From the NCBI GenBank assembly GCA_046759445.1, contig JBHICG010000002.1, positions 1 through 64,000 of the forward strand: a stretch of 64,000 nt of DNA, given 5' to 3'. Numbering within the stretch: position 1 is the stretch's first letter; each line of letters opens with the position of its first letter. Source of the DNA: Candidatus Scalinduaceae bacterium (GTDB lineage: Bacteria; Planctomycetota; Brocadiia; Brocadiales; Scalinduaceae). The notes under the pieces were generated by a model. That model had not been told where the DNA came from, made no database searches, and saw only the letters and a program-made list of their open reading frames with translations. The position numbers and the translations under genes were made by a program. Positions 1-9,693 of the stretch are shown here, in pieces.

Positions 1-1009
1 TTGCGATATTGTGGGCTACGTCATACACTATCTCTATCCCAAGCTTATGTGCATCTGCATTAAAAACTTTTGAGAAGGTCTCCCTGATCCTGTGGGCAAT
101 TACCTGCCTGTTTACAAAGGCGCTGTTAGCTGCACAGACCATCGCCTTATAATAATCTGAGCCTTCCGGAGATTTAAAAGGTGCACAGGCAAGTTCTCTA
201 TCCCTGACAGTCATACCATATTTCTTCATTGCGTTATCAAACACCCTTAGATAATCCGTTGCAATTTGATGACCGAACCCTCTGGAGCCACAATGTACCA
301 TGATAACTATTTGATCTTTTTCCTTAATACCAAAAGTCTTTGCAATCTTCTCGTCAAAGATATTTTCTGTTGTCACCAACTGAATTTCCAAATAATGGTT
401 TCCGGATCCAAGAGTGCCTAATTGATTTATTCCCCTCGATATGGCCTTTTCACTCACCTTTGATGGGTCTGCACCGGGTATATGTCCGTATTCCTCTATC
501 CTCTCCCGGTCCTGAGGCCACCCATAACCATTTTCAATGCACCAGTCAACGCCTCTTTTCATAACTTCTTTAAATTCTGATACTGAAACCTTTAGAATAC
601 CCTTGGAGCCGACTCCTGCAGGAACAGACCTGAACAACTCATTTACGAGTTCTCTCAATCGTGGCTTTACTTCATTTATTTTTAAATTTGTGGTGATTAG
701 CCTCATCCCACAATTTATGTCGAAACCAATTCCTCCCGGAGATATGACACCGTCTTCTATATCAAAGGCGGCTACGCCGCCAATAGGAAAACCGTATCCC
801 CAATGACCGTCAGGCATGCAAAGCGCATATTTTTGAATGCCGGGGAGACATGCAACGTTCGTAATCTGTTCAAAGACACCTTTATCCATATTTTCCATGA
901 GTGTGTTGCTGGCATATATCCTTGCAGGAACTTGCATTCCTTCTTTCTCAGTTTTCGGGATCTCCCATATCCAATCAGATACCTTATTGACTTTCATATC
1001 GATATTCAT
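1..1009 (-). CDS. rtcB: RNA-splicing ligase RtcB (archaeal-type), runs off the window edge
   Basis: Not in the ORF track; manual translation from ATG at 1009 gives MNIDMKVNKVSDWIWEIPK...MPDGHWGYGFPIGGVAAFD...ISPGGIGFDINCGMRL, later GSGNHYLE and HCGSRGFGHQ motifs. Confidence 0.95.
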   Translation of the reverse strand, partial: MNIDMKVNKVSDWIWEIPKTEKEGMQVPARIYASNTLMENMDKGVFEQITNVACLPGIQKYALCMPDGHWGYGFPIGGVAAFDIEDGVISPGGIGFDINCGMRLITTNLKINEVKPRLRELVNELFRSVPAGVGSKGILKVSVSEFKEVMKRGVDWCIENGYGWPQDRERIEEYGHIPGADPSKVSEKAISRGINQLGTLGSGNHYLEIQLVTTENIFDEKIAKTFGIKEKDQIVIMVHCGSRGFGHQIATDYLRVFDNAMKKYGMTVRDRELACAPFKSPEGSDYYKAMVCAANSAFVNRQVIAHRIRETFSKVFNADAHKLGIEIVYDVAHNIA

Positions 1010-1111
1010 TTTCTTGCCTTTTGAATGTTATATTTTGAAATTGTTATTATCATTCGTTTTTCAGTTGCGCTTGCCCCGTTGCGAAGCTTTACAGGGTCTG
1101 TATAATTTATT

Positions 1112-1149
1112 CCCCCTCACCCTATCCCTCTCCCCAAATGGGAGAGGGG
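1112..1149. repeat. CCCCTCACCC-N-CCCTCTCCC...GGGAGAGGG palindromic (REP-like) repeat, copy 1; partial copy at 1169-1189
   Basis: Near-identical to copies at 1718-1753 and 2017-2053. Confidence 0.85.
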
Positions 1150-1292
1150 AAAGATAGCCAAACCTGTTCCTCTCCCAAAAGGGAGATGGAAAAATATTCA
1201 ACATCACTTTTGCTTTAATAATTCATTTTTAAAGGTTTGTCCGAAATGATTGTCTAACTTATTCAATAAATTTAATATAACAAGATTTTATA

Positions 1293-1715
1293 CTATTCCT
1301 TTCCTCTCCCCTTGTTATGGGGAGAGGATGCCTGTCGATAGATAGGTAGGTGAGGGGACATTTTCACCTTTTTTTCCTCTATAGTCTTTAAAATAACAGC
1401 ATATACTCCTTCAATATTATTTAATATATCCAAATCACTAAATCTTAATATTTGTATTCCATACTTGGCTAACTTTCTGGTTCTCAATTCATCTTTAACT
1501 TTACCTTCATCGCTATAATGTTGTCCTCCATCAGCTTCGATACCAAGTTTGCATTCTGGAGAATAAAAATCTAATATATATCTATCAACTGGAAACTGTC
1601 TTCTAAATTTTACTTTAGCTAGTTGGCGATTACGTAGCAGTGACCATAATTTGTGTTCTGCATTTGTTTGGTTTTTTCGAAGAGATCTACATTTTCCTAT
1701 ATTCTTTTTCTTCAT
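1293..1715 (-). CDS. DUF559 / Vsr-like endonuclease
   Basis: LRKNQTNAEHKLWSLLRNRQL..KFRRQFP..YILDFY..IEADGGQH..LRF motifs typical of DUF559. Confidence 0.9.
   Translation of the reverse strand: MKKKNIGKCRSLRKNQTNAEHKLWSLLRNRQLAKVKFRRQFPVDRYILDFYSPECKLGIEADGGQHYSDEGKVKDELRTRKLAKYGIQILRFSDLDILNNIEGVYAVILKTIEEKKVKMSPHLPIYRQASSPHNKGRGKE
1303..1357. repeat. Inverted copy of the REP-like repeat, interrupted by a 21-bp insert, inside the DUF559 3' end
   Basis: CCTCTCCCC-N7-GGGGAGAGG hairpin at 1303-1327, insert at 1328-1348, GGTGAGGGG at 1349-1357. Confidence 0.7.
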
Positions 1716-1717
1716 TA

Positions 1718-1753
1718 CCCCTCACCCTGCCCTCTCCCCAAAGGGGAGAGGGG
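1718..1753. repeat. REP-like palindromic repeat, directly upstream of the DUF559 start
   Basis: CCCCTCACCCTGCCCTCTCCCCAAAGGGGAGAGGGG. Confidence 0.85.
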
Positions 1754-1938
1754 AAAGTATTTCTTCTTATCTTCCATTACCAATACTCATCAACGTTAAA
1801 CGTATCCAGCTACGCAACCTAACAACGCTTAGTTTCATATATCTAAGACAAACCTGGATATCCATTTTATTGGCTTTTGAAAAATTTTGTATTTCCTTAC
1901 TATAGTGAGCGAGATAATTAAGGTGTCCGTCTACCTAT

Positions 1939-1994
1939 GTCATTCTCACGAAAGTGGGAGTCTGAGATAGATTCCCGATCAAGTCGGGAATGAC
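1939..1994. repeat. GTCATT...AATGAC double-hairpin palindromic element
   Basis: GTCATTCTCACGAAAGTGGGAGTC ... GATTCCCGATCAAGTCGGGAATGAC; related degenerate copies near 7249-7432 and 40099-40122. Confidence 0.75.
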
Positions 1995-2016
1995 AATGCA
2001 AATTCTGAAGTTTAGT

Positions 2017-2053
2017 CCCCCTCACCCTGGCCCTCTCCCCGAAGGGGAGAGGG
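2017..2053. repeat. REP-like palindromic repeat
   Basis: CCCCCTCACCCTGGCCCTCTCCCCGAAGGGGAGAGGG. Confidence 0.85.
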
Positions 2054-2081
2054 ATAAACGATCAACGTTAAACGTATCTTA

Positions 2082-2176
2082 GCTGGTTCAATCATGTTGA
2101 TTGAACCTAAATGTTTAGGTTTTCAGGCTTGCAGCCTGAACCAGCCAAGTAAACGCAGGCTGAAGCCTGCGGCTAC
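2082..2176. repeat. About 62-bp double-hairpin element plus a GTAG-type REP hairpin (2154-2176)
   Basis: 2082-2145 closely matches the reverse complement of 4741-4801; CGCAGGCTGAAGCCTGCGGCTAC follows. Confidence 0.75.
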
Positions 2177-2179
2177 TAC

Positions 2180-2608
2180 TCATATATCCAAAACAAATCT
2201 AGCTATCCATTTACCTTCCTTTTTAGAAACGTCAAAAAGATGGTAGGTTATCGCCTTTACGTCACACCTTAGTTCATGCTTAGATTGTTTTATCTCTTCT
2301 CCAAAGATTATGGCATTAAGTAAATAGTTAGAGTTCTTTTTTATCTCTATATCAAATTTACTGAATACCATATATTCTGAATCCTTTAAATATATTATCT
2401 CGGCAAGCCAATCAAACAACAATTTATCTATTTCCTGATTTTCCAGATGGATTTCTTTTTTTGTCTTCGATTGTACACCTTTAGTATCCACCATGGTCTC
2501 AAAGGTTGCCATCGCAGAAGCCCTGAACAGTTCCTCAAGGGTATCCCCACGGGATTCTATTGCTACGTCGGCCGTTGCTATATCATCGAGGAATACGAAC
2601 TCTTCCAT
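2180..2608 (-). CDS. Archease (RtcB activator)
   Basis: TADVAI, LLFDWLAEIIY, DVKAITYH, C-terminal VLDI; upstream of rtcB on the same strand. Confidence 0.93.
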   Translation of the reverse strand: MEEFVFLDDIATADVAIESRGDTLEELFRASAMATFETMVDTKGVQSKTKKEIHLENQEIDKLLFDWLAEIIYLKDSEYMVFSKFDIEIKKNSNYLLNAIIFGEEIKQSKHELRCDVKAITYHLFDVSKKEGKWIARFVLDI

Positions 2609-2883
2609 TTAATAGATATCAATGAGAAAGTAAATCTATTTTCTAGTACACGCTTTATTATGAAACAAAGTGAACATAAAAGCAAGTTTAACCTAAATTG
2701 GGTAATTTAGGTTAAAGATTAATAAGATTTTCACAAGGCTAGATGATTGATTGTTAGCGTAAGATATTACGAAATGTTGATTTGCTGATGTCCGTGGAAC
2801 ATTATCACAAGAAAAACTAAAAGGTAGTATTAGGATATATATTAGTTGAGTGTATTGCAGACATTATGCTTAAGGTTTCATGT

Positions 2884-3378
2884 TCAGGATTGTGCTATTA
2901 GATTGAGATGTTCTGGTAATAAAAACCATCGGAAATCACCTTTATGAGTTGGAAGTTGTTCGACATCAATGCGGCAGACTCCGCCCATTTCGAAATGTAC
3001 AGAGACACGTGCGGTCTCACTCAGCAATTCTGAAGCAATCTCTCCAAGTGAGGGGAGATGACCTGCAAGTAGCATATTATTTTTGTCTGTAAAATCTTTT
3101 AGATAAGATACGGCATCTTCAGCAGGAACTGTTGGCTCCAGTGTGGGAGTAACCTTGATTTGATCCTTTGGGTATCCCACCTCTTCAGCAATGATTACGG
3201 CAGTTTGGTGAGCACGCGCCTTGGGACTACAGAAGATGAGGTCGAAGTCTAAGCGTAATCGCTTAAGTGCTTTTCCTGTAACATGACATTGTTTAAGACC
3301 GTCATCGTTAAGGTGCCTTTCTGAATCCTCATCTTTAGTATAGGCAGCTCCGTGTTGAACAAGATAAATTTCCATCAT
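2884..3378 (-). CDS. sixA: Phosphohistidine phosphatase SixA family
   Basis: IYLVQHG (RHG variant), SPKARAHQTA, LLAGHLPSL. Confidence 0.85.
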   Translation of the reverse strand: MMEIYLVQHGAAYTKDEDSERHLNDDGLKQCHVTGKALKRLRLDFDLIFCSPKARAHQTAVIIAEEVGYPKDQIKVTPTLEPTVPAEDAVSYLKDFTDKNNMLLAGHLPSLGEIASELLSETARVSVHFEMGGVCRIDVEQLPTHKGDFRWFLLPEHLNLIAQS

Positions 3379-3512
3379 AAACCTCCTTTTATAATTTGCA
3401 GCATTGTCAAAAAAGTGTTCGCCACAGAGTACGCAGAGAAAATATGGTTACTTGATCAAGACCGTAAATGTTTTCTACGATTATTTCATTAAGATGTAAC
3501 ACGGAACAGCAG

Positions 3513-3728
3513 TTATTTTTCTGATATTCTGCGAAGGAAGCGCCAAAGTTTACGCCAATTCAGGTATACATGCAGGGTAGCAAGGCTTAAGGTAGCATAA
3601 GCAAAATAGCGATGTGGAACAAACCTGCGCAGTTCAAATTGTGATTGTAAATAGCCCAGAACCCCTGTGATACAAATAGAAAATATCAGCAAGATACTTA
3701 TTATGTAATTAATATCATCGCGCTTCAT
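3513..3728 (-). CDS. Small two-helix membrane protein (DUF4405-like)
   Basis: Two hydrophobic segments, H..F and LHVYLNW motifs; abuts the upstream gene. Confidence 0.6.
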   Translation of the reverse strand: MKRDDINYIISILLIFSICITGVLGYLQSQFELRRFVPHRYFAYATLSLATLHVYLNWRKLWRFLRRISEK

Positions 3729-4538
3729 TCATAGTGTACCAACAGCATGGAGGTAAATAACAGCCTCCTTTTTGCCATCAACGTCAATAAGTTGATTAAG
3801 TTCGTTGTCCAAAAATGCACCTACGCTAACAGAGCCTAATCCCAAAGACGTTGCCTGTAAATAAATATTTTGGCTAATGTGCCCAGCTTCTATATATACA
3901 TAGCGGAAACCACGTTCTCCATATTTGTGACGAACACGGTTAAAGATGGCTGATAATACAAAGGTTACATCTGCGTCACCCAACATCTCTTGTTTGAGGC
4001 CAGCAGAGGTTACCTCTTTTCTGAAATCACCAGATTTTACCAACTCCAATGCATGGTTAAGCACGGCATAATGGTATATACCCTGTGGCAAACCCTCCAC
4101 ATTATTAGCGATTACATAAATCTCAAATGGGTAAAGGGCACCTGCAGATGGTGCGGTGCGTAAGGGTTGACCATAAATTTTACCAGTTATTCCCTGTGCG
4201 GAGAATAGTAACTGTGACAATTGGGATATCGTGATTGGTTTTTTGGAGTAATTTCGTACTGAGCGTCTCTTCTCAATAGCTTCTTCTACGGATGTTCCTC
4301 GATATTCTGGCTTAGGTAATTCTATTACCTTTGCATCAGCATAATCCTTATATTGCGAAGGCTTTTTTGGCTTGATGCGAAACAAATCCCCTATGACACC
4401 ACGCCACGTTAAAGATGTTTCATGATGAAACCGCTCACCAATGCTCAATTCCTTCTCCACATCTTCACTATAAGCCGTTGACCTAGAGGTAATTGCTAAT
4501 AGTACGAAGATGAATATTTTGATAGAGAGCGTCTTCAT
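3729..4538 (-). CDS. SagB/ThcOx-family nitroreductase-like flavoprotein with N-terminal signal peptide
   Basis: RRSVRNY, RTAPSAGALYPFEIY, EAGHISQNIYL, GLGSVSVGAF. Confidence 0.9.
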   Translation of the reverse strand: MKTLSIKIFIFVLLAITSRSTAYSEDVEKELSIGERFHHETSLTWRGVIGDLFRIKPKKPSQYKDYADAKVIELPKPEYRGTSVEEAIEKRRSVRNYSKKPITISQLSQLLFSAQGITGKIYGQPLRTAPSAGALYPFEIYVIANNVEGLPQGIYHYAVLNHALELVKSGDFRKEVTSAGLKQEMLGDADVTFVLSAIFNRVRHKYGERGFRYVYIEAGHISQNIYLQATSLGLGSVSVGAFLDNELNQLIDVDGKKEAVIYLHAVGTL

Positions 4539-4740
4539 GTTTTTTCAGAAATTTTAAGTATACACCAACGTATTAAAAACGTAGAGAAAACAAATATAAA
4601 TACTTTCTCCAAGGACAAATTGCTGATACTACAGAATACTTAAGAACTACAAAATAATAACATTTATAATCAACTGTTCCTTGCATTAGGCGAAAGAGGA
4701 AAAGGTGTATAGTTTTTTATTTTGCATTCCCATAATCAAT

Positions 4741-4801
4741 GCTGGTTCAGGCTACAAGCCTGAACCAAAATGTTTAATTCAATCTACAAGATTGAACCGG
4801 C
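4741..4801. repeat. Double-hairpin element, inverted copy of 2082-2145
   Basis: GCTGGTTCAGGCTACAAGCCTGAACC-N-TTCAATCTACAAGATTGAACCGGC. Confidence 0.75.
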
Positions 4802-4907
4802 AAAAAACACCATCTTAGCGGTAGATAGTGTAGATGTTGATTTTATTGAGGAGAATTGTTGCGAAACAATTTGTTACAGGATAAAGAGTAATATTATTTT
4901 AAAGTTC

Positions 4908-6716
4908 CTAAGAGGTTTCCAAACGCTTTTCCAGGGCGTCTAGTTCATCTTGAAGCCCTGCAGGTAGTCTGTCACCAAATTTTGCAAAGTGTTCCTTAAT
5001 TAAGGGTATTTGTTTTTTCCAATCTTCAGGATCCACTTTTAAGAGTTCTTCTAAATCCTCAGTAGAAACATCCAAACCATCAAGATATAGGGCATCCTTA
5101 GTTGGGACCCAACCAATAGGCGTTTCTTCAGCCTTTCCTTCACCGCTGACTCTTTCAATCACCCATTTTAAAACACGGCTGTTCTCACCAAAACCAGGCC
5201 AAAGAAACTTGCCGTTTACGTTCTTACGGAACCAATTCACATAAAAAATCTTGGGCAATTTGTCAGCATCAGTCTTTTTACCGATGTTGAGCCAATGATT
5301 AAAATAATCACCCATATGGTAACCGCAGAAAGGCAGCATTGCAAATGGGTCATAGCGGAGTTCGCCAACTTTGCCAGCAGCGGCGGCAGTCTTTTCAGAG
5401 GAGACAATAGAACCTAAAAAAGTTCCGTGCTGCCAGCTAAAAGATTGATGTATTAAAGGCACAACACTTGCGCGTCGTCCGCCAAATAGAAAAGCAGAAA
5501 TAGGAACACCCTTTGGGTCTTCCCATGCGGGATCTATTACGGGGCATTGGCTGGCAGGCGCTGTAAAACGCGCATTTGGATGAGCTGCCGGAGTACCTTT
5601 ATCAGGTGTCCATTCATTACCTTTCCAATCGATTAATTTAGCAGGTAATTCATCCGTCATTTCTTCCCACCATACATCGCCATCTTCCGTATAGGCCACA
5701 TTCGTGAAAATGCAGTTTTCTTTCATAGCAAACATACAATTTGGATTAGATTTCATTGATGTTCCGGGCGCTACACCAAAAAAGCCTGCTTCGGGATTAA
5801 TTGCGTATAGACGGCCATCTTCACCAAATTTCATCCAGGCAATATCATCACCTATGCATTCTACTTTCCATCCGGGGATGGTGGGAATCAACATTGCTAG
5901 ATTGGTTTTACCGCAGGCACTCGGAAATGCCGCTGTAACATACTTCTTTTCACCATTAGGCGGCGTAATGCCCAGAATAAGCATATGTTCGGCAAGCCAT
6001 CCTTCTTTTCTTGCCATCGTAGAAGCAATACGCAACGCAAAACATTTTTTTCCTAATAAGGCATTTCCACCATAACCGGATCCATAGGACCAAATAGTTC
6101 TTTCTTCAGGAAAGTGAGTAATATATTTATTATTTGCATCACAAGGCCAGGGAACATCCTTTTGCCCTGCTTTCAGTGGCATACCCACAGAATGAAGACA
6201 AGGAACAAAATCACCATCTTCACCTAAAATATCTAAAACAGCCTTTCCCATACGGGTCATAATTCTTTTATTATTTACAACATAGGGAGAATCTGATAAT
6301 GCTACTCCGATATGTGCGATATTCGAACCCAAAGGCCCCATACTGAAAGGGATAACATACATGGTGCGTCCCTTCATACAACCGGTATAAAGCTTAATCA
6401 TTTCAGCCTTCATTTCATCCGGATCACGCCAGTTGTTGTTGGGGCCGGCCTCTTCTTTATCTTTTGTGCAAACAAAAGTTCTATCTTCTACTCGAGCAAC
6501 GTCGGCTGGATCTGATCTTACCCAATAACTGTTTGGTCTTTTTTTATCATTTAATCTTACATAAGTGCCGTTTTTGACCATCATTTCGGCCAGCTCATCA
6601 TACTCTTCCTTGCTTCCATCGCACCAGACAACCTGGTCAGGCTGACACATCTTTGCCATTTCGTGAACCCAGGCCAGAAGTTTTTTATTGTTTGTTAGTG
6701 GAGTTGTGCTACCCAT
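4908..6716 (-). CDS. pckG: Phosphoenolpyruvate carboxykinase (GTP)
   Basis: [40 protein letters not shown]; start moved to ATG 6716, which has an AGGAG RBS. Confidence 0.96.
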   Translation of the reverse strand: MGSTTPLTNNKKLLAWVHEMAKMCQPDQVVWCDGSKEEYDELAEMMVKNGTYVRLNDKKRPNSYWVRSDPADVARVEDRTFVCTKDKEEAGPNNNWRDPDEMKAEMIKLYTGCMKGRTMYVIPFSMGPLGSNIAHIGVALSDSPYVVNNKRIMTRMGKAVLDILGEDGDFVPCLHSVGMPLKAGQKDVPWPCDANNKYITHFPEERTIWSYGSGYGGNALLGKKCFALRIASTMARKEGWLAEHMLILGITPPNGEKKYVTAAFPSACGKTNLAMLIPTIPGWKVECIGDDIAWMKFGEDGRLYAINPEAGFFGVAPGTSMKSNPNCMFAMKENCIFTNVAYTEDGDVWWEEMTDELPAKLIDWKGNEWTPDKGTPAAHPNARFTAPASQCPVIDPAWEDPKGVPISAFLFGGRRASVVPLIHQSFSWQHGTFLGSIVSSEKTAAAAGKVGELRYDPFAMLPFCGYHMGDYFNHWLNIGKKTDADKLPKIFYVNWFRKNVNGKFLWPGFGENSRVLKWVIERVSGEGKAEETPIGWVPTKDALYLDGLDVSTEDLEELLKVDPEDWKKQIPLIKEHFAKFGDRLPAGLQDELDALEKRLETS

Positions 6717-6740
6717 AGAGTCTCCTGTTAGGGCGGCGCT

Positions 6741-6764
6741 CCCTGTCTGCCGACAGGCAGGCAT
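6741..6764. repeat. CCTGTCTGCCGACAGGCAGG short palindromic repeat
   Basis: Hairpin in the pckG leader; related to the insert at 1328-1348. Confidence 0.6.
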
Positions 6765-7248
6765 ACCCTCTATAATGTTTATTTAGTATTACACTGTAAA
6801 ATATTCTTTTTCCCCTATTTACTTGCCCGCATGAAAGATACAGTCGAACAGGAGGACAAGTTTTTTAATAAACGAATATTTACTTAAAATATCCTTGAGA
6901 TTAAATTCGAAACAATATCTATAATATAAAGCAAAATATCAAAATTCAAAACAACCTTAATCATTATTTGTTTAAGTGGTTTGGAACATTAGAGTAAGGC
7001 AGTTCAAAGAGAATTGCACGTCATTCGAATTTGCCTGTCCCGTTTGATAGCAAGCATCCTACGGGGTGAATGTTTCGATAATCGGGTTTTGATACTTTAT
7101 TATGATTGCTGCTCTGCTTCGTTGTGAAATTACTATTAAAAGGTTTGGTATGTTACCAACTATTGAGGTAATTTGCAACAATAACTCAACAGATTGCTTG
7201 GGAAATCAATAACAACAGAAATCACTTCTCGTTGTACCCGTACTCTAT

Positions 7249-7432
7249 GTCATTTCAACCCGATGTTCTTTCTGACGGGCAGAGCCCTTCGCTCAGTGGC
7301 ATTCTGAAGGAGCAAAAGCGACTGAAGAATCTTTCTCTTTAGACTATCCATCAGTGGTCGTAGCTGGCTCAGGATAAGCTCTGAGAAGAATCCCGTCTTC
7401 ACTTTTTGTCATGCTGAATTTATTTCAGTATC
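7249..7432. repeat. Cluster of degenerate GTCAT-type palindromic repeats
   Basis: GTCATTTC.., CATTCTGAAGGAGC..GACTGAAGAATCT, GTCATGCTGAATTTATTTCAGTATCT in a long intergenic region. Confidence 0.5.
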
Positions 7433-7647
7433 TAATAGTGTGCCTGGCATAAACCCACGAAAAATCACTAAAATGTGCATTTTACATTGCAATTGTAGCA
7501 AATATGGGTTTTACTAGTCCTGGATACCCTTTTGTATTAAAGTGGCTACATATTTACTTGATTATTCGAGTAAGATTTTGCATATACACATTATTGAGCT
7601 AGTACAACTATTCCTATTTTATAACACACTTTTTGAATCACTAGAAT

Positions 7648-8322
7648 ATGGAAGAAGGACTAATAAAAGTTTCAGATGACTCAATCATAGACCTCCCACA
7701 TAAAGGGCCGTATAGGGACGAAAACGATAAAGTTCTACATGGTATATATATCAAGAACCTAGATAAGACACAGGAAAAGCTTTTTATAAATAATGGAGAA
7801 CTGGTGCGAAAATATAAATACCCAAATATTAGAACAGAGTTCAAGTCTGAAATGGTTAATGATTATAACCTTCACTTCTGTGGTGAGTGGAGTTGGCCTG
7901 ATGTTGATTATAAATACGGTCTTATTGATCGTGTAAGAAGGAAGAAAAAGCCTATGGGTCTTATTATTTGTGACAAAAGAAGTGAATTAAACAAACTGAA
8001 ACACACCATAAAATATCTAAATCTAAATATTATAAAAAAAGACAAGGAACTTGGGTTCTGCCAAAAGGGAAAGCTGAAAGATTTGTTTGATTTAGATTCT
8101 CTGCAAAAGGATTACGTCAATTATCTGAGTTACAAGGCTATTGACTTTAAGAAAATAGAAGACAAGACACTCGATGAGTGCATTACGCCTTTTGATTATT
8201 ACAACCCTAAAGATGATGAAGAACTTATAATAACAGGGTTGGTTTTTGGATATCCAATAGAATTCACAGTCTCTATCATACCCGCGTTTCCGCACGGGGC
8301 TTTCCTACGGGGTAAAGTATAA
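7648..8322 (+). CDS. Hypothetical protein
   Basis: 224-aa ORF, GLVFGYPIE motif near the C-terminus; no family recognised. Confidence 0.6.
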   Translation: MEEGLIKVSDDSIIDLPHKGPYRDENDKVLHGIYIKNLDKTQEKLFINNGELVRKYKYPNIRTEFKSEMVNDYNLHFCGEWSWPDVDYKYGLIDRVRRKKKPMGLIICDKRSELNKLKHTIKYLNLNIIKKDKELGFCQKGKLKDLFDLDSLQKDYVNYLSYKAIDFKKIEDKTLDECITPFDYYNPKDDEELIITGLVFGYPIEFTVSIIPAFPHGAFLRGKV

Positions 8323-8385
8323 ATCTTAAAACAAACTCTGACACCTTAGGCTTGCATATCGAACTATTAAAAGTTAAAATATAGC

Positions 8386-8766
8386 ATGAAGTTAAACCAC
8401 ATTGGTATAATTAATAAGAGCGAAGAGCAGGCACTACCGTTTTATAAGGATTTTTTAGGTCTTGAAAAGACAAAAGAAATTATATTGTCTCCGGAACTTT
8501 CAGAGCAATTGTTTTCTCTTTCTCAAGAGGTAAAAGTTTTAGTTTTTGAAAATGACGGGATAAAGATCGAGGTGTTCATATCTGATTTTCAACTTGCCCA
8601 CCCCAATTTTACGCATTTCGGTATAATGGTGGATAATTTTTCAGAGATCACAGAAAAGGCTAAGCGGTCTAATGTTGACCTTATCATTGGGAAACATAAG
8701 GAGAAGACCGTCTACTTTCTAAAGGATTTTTCAGGCAACTTAATTGAAGTAAAACAAAAACCGTAG
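8386..8766 (+). CDS. VOC/glyoxalase family protein
   Basis: LNHIGI..FYKDFLGL, THFGI, LKDFSGNLIEV. Confidence 0.85.
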   Translation: MKLNHIGIINKSEEQALPFYKDFLGLEKTKEIILSPELSEQLFSLSQEVKVLVFENDGIKIEVFISDFQLAHPNFTHFGIMVDNFSEITEKAKRSNVDLIIGKHKEKTVYFLKDFSGNLIEVKQKP

Positions 8767-8893
8767 AATTGGTATCAAAGTACTTTTGCTTTGTTGTCTA
8801 TTAAATTAAATAGAGACTTATGCATAACCTATGGCAATGAATATATAGGGTTGCATATTTGATATTGGTTCCTGAATAATTAACTGTATTATT

Positions 8894-9514
8894 TTGAAGA
8901 GGCATAATATGAAATGGTTATTTGCTTTATTTTTGTTCATTGCTATTGTTCTGTCTTCATTACAATTTAGAACTAAACAAGTCTTCAGTTTTCAAAAGGA
9001 GACTCCTGAAGTAGTGATAGAAAAGTACCTGGACGCTGTTATCTCAAATGATTATCAGACCGCATATTCATTTGTCTCAGATAACAATAAAGAAATCAGG
9101 GAATGGCTGGAATTTTTAAATTTTGTTACCAGTATAGCCCCTGCAAAGCTTATTTCAACAATCCATCTGGCTCATTCTTTAACCAGACACCAGATTGTTA
9201 AAATAGATTTAACCAGTGATGGAACTGCGGTCATTAATGTTGAATCAATAGCCCCAAACATGGAAAAGATACTTGAAATTACTCATTCTGAAGATGAAAT
9301 TAAATCATTATATGACAACGGCAGCTTACCCTTAAAGCAGAAACAAGGTACTTTCATTCTGGGTAAGGAGAATAATATTTGGAAGATAAAAGAAGTGGAG
9401 GGGACATCCGGAGATTCTGTTTCTAAATTAGCAATGGATTTAGCAGAAAAATTACTCAGCAAAGAAGAAAGCCTAAAACTGGATAATGAAATCAGGAATT
9501 ATCAGAATAAGTAG
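8894..9514 (+). CDS. Hypothetical exported protein (NTF2-like/DUF4878-like)
   Basis: Signal/TM segment, TPEVVIEKYLDAV...DYQTAYSFVS, C-terminal KENNIWKI. Confidence 0.6.
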   Translation: MKRHNMKWLFALFLFIAIVLSSLQFRTKQVFSFQKETPEVVIEKYLDAVISNDYQTAYSFVSDNNKEIREWLEFLNFVTSIAPAKLISTIHLAHSLTRHQIVKIDLTSDGTAVINVESIAPNMEKILEITHSEDEIKSLYDNGSLPLKQKQGTFILGKENNIWKIKEVEGTSGDSVSKLAMDLAEKLLSKEESLKLDNEIRNYQNK

Positions 9515-9693
9515 GAAAACCCGCCAAATAATAATCGGACAAACTGACCAATTCAAGGGATCCGCGTAGCAATTGAAAGTAGGCAACCTGCCGAGAAATA
9601 AATCACAAAACAAGGTGTGAACCCATTTGTAGCTTGACTTATCTTTATAAAGAAATATTATTTTATAATACAAGATTACTCAAGATTTATCAA

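Noticed and set aside
340..1157. Short plus-strand ORFs, and similar antisense ORFs throughout the track
   Set aside because: They lie opposite well-supported genes (here rtcB) or translate repeats, with no recognisable motifs
6717..6764. ORF-track N-terminal extension MPACRQTG of PEPCK
   Set aside because: It is the translation of a palindromic repeat; ATG 6716 has the RBS
9535..9593. Possible hammerhead ribozyme or c-di-GMP/cobalamin riboswitch
   Set aside because: CUGA is not followed by NGA, no cleavage-site UH, and riboswitch core motifs are missing
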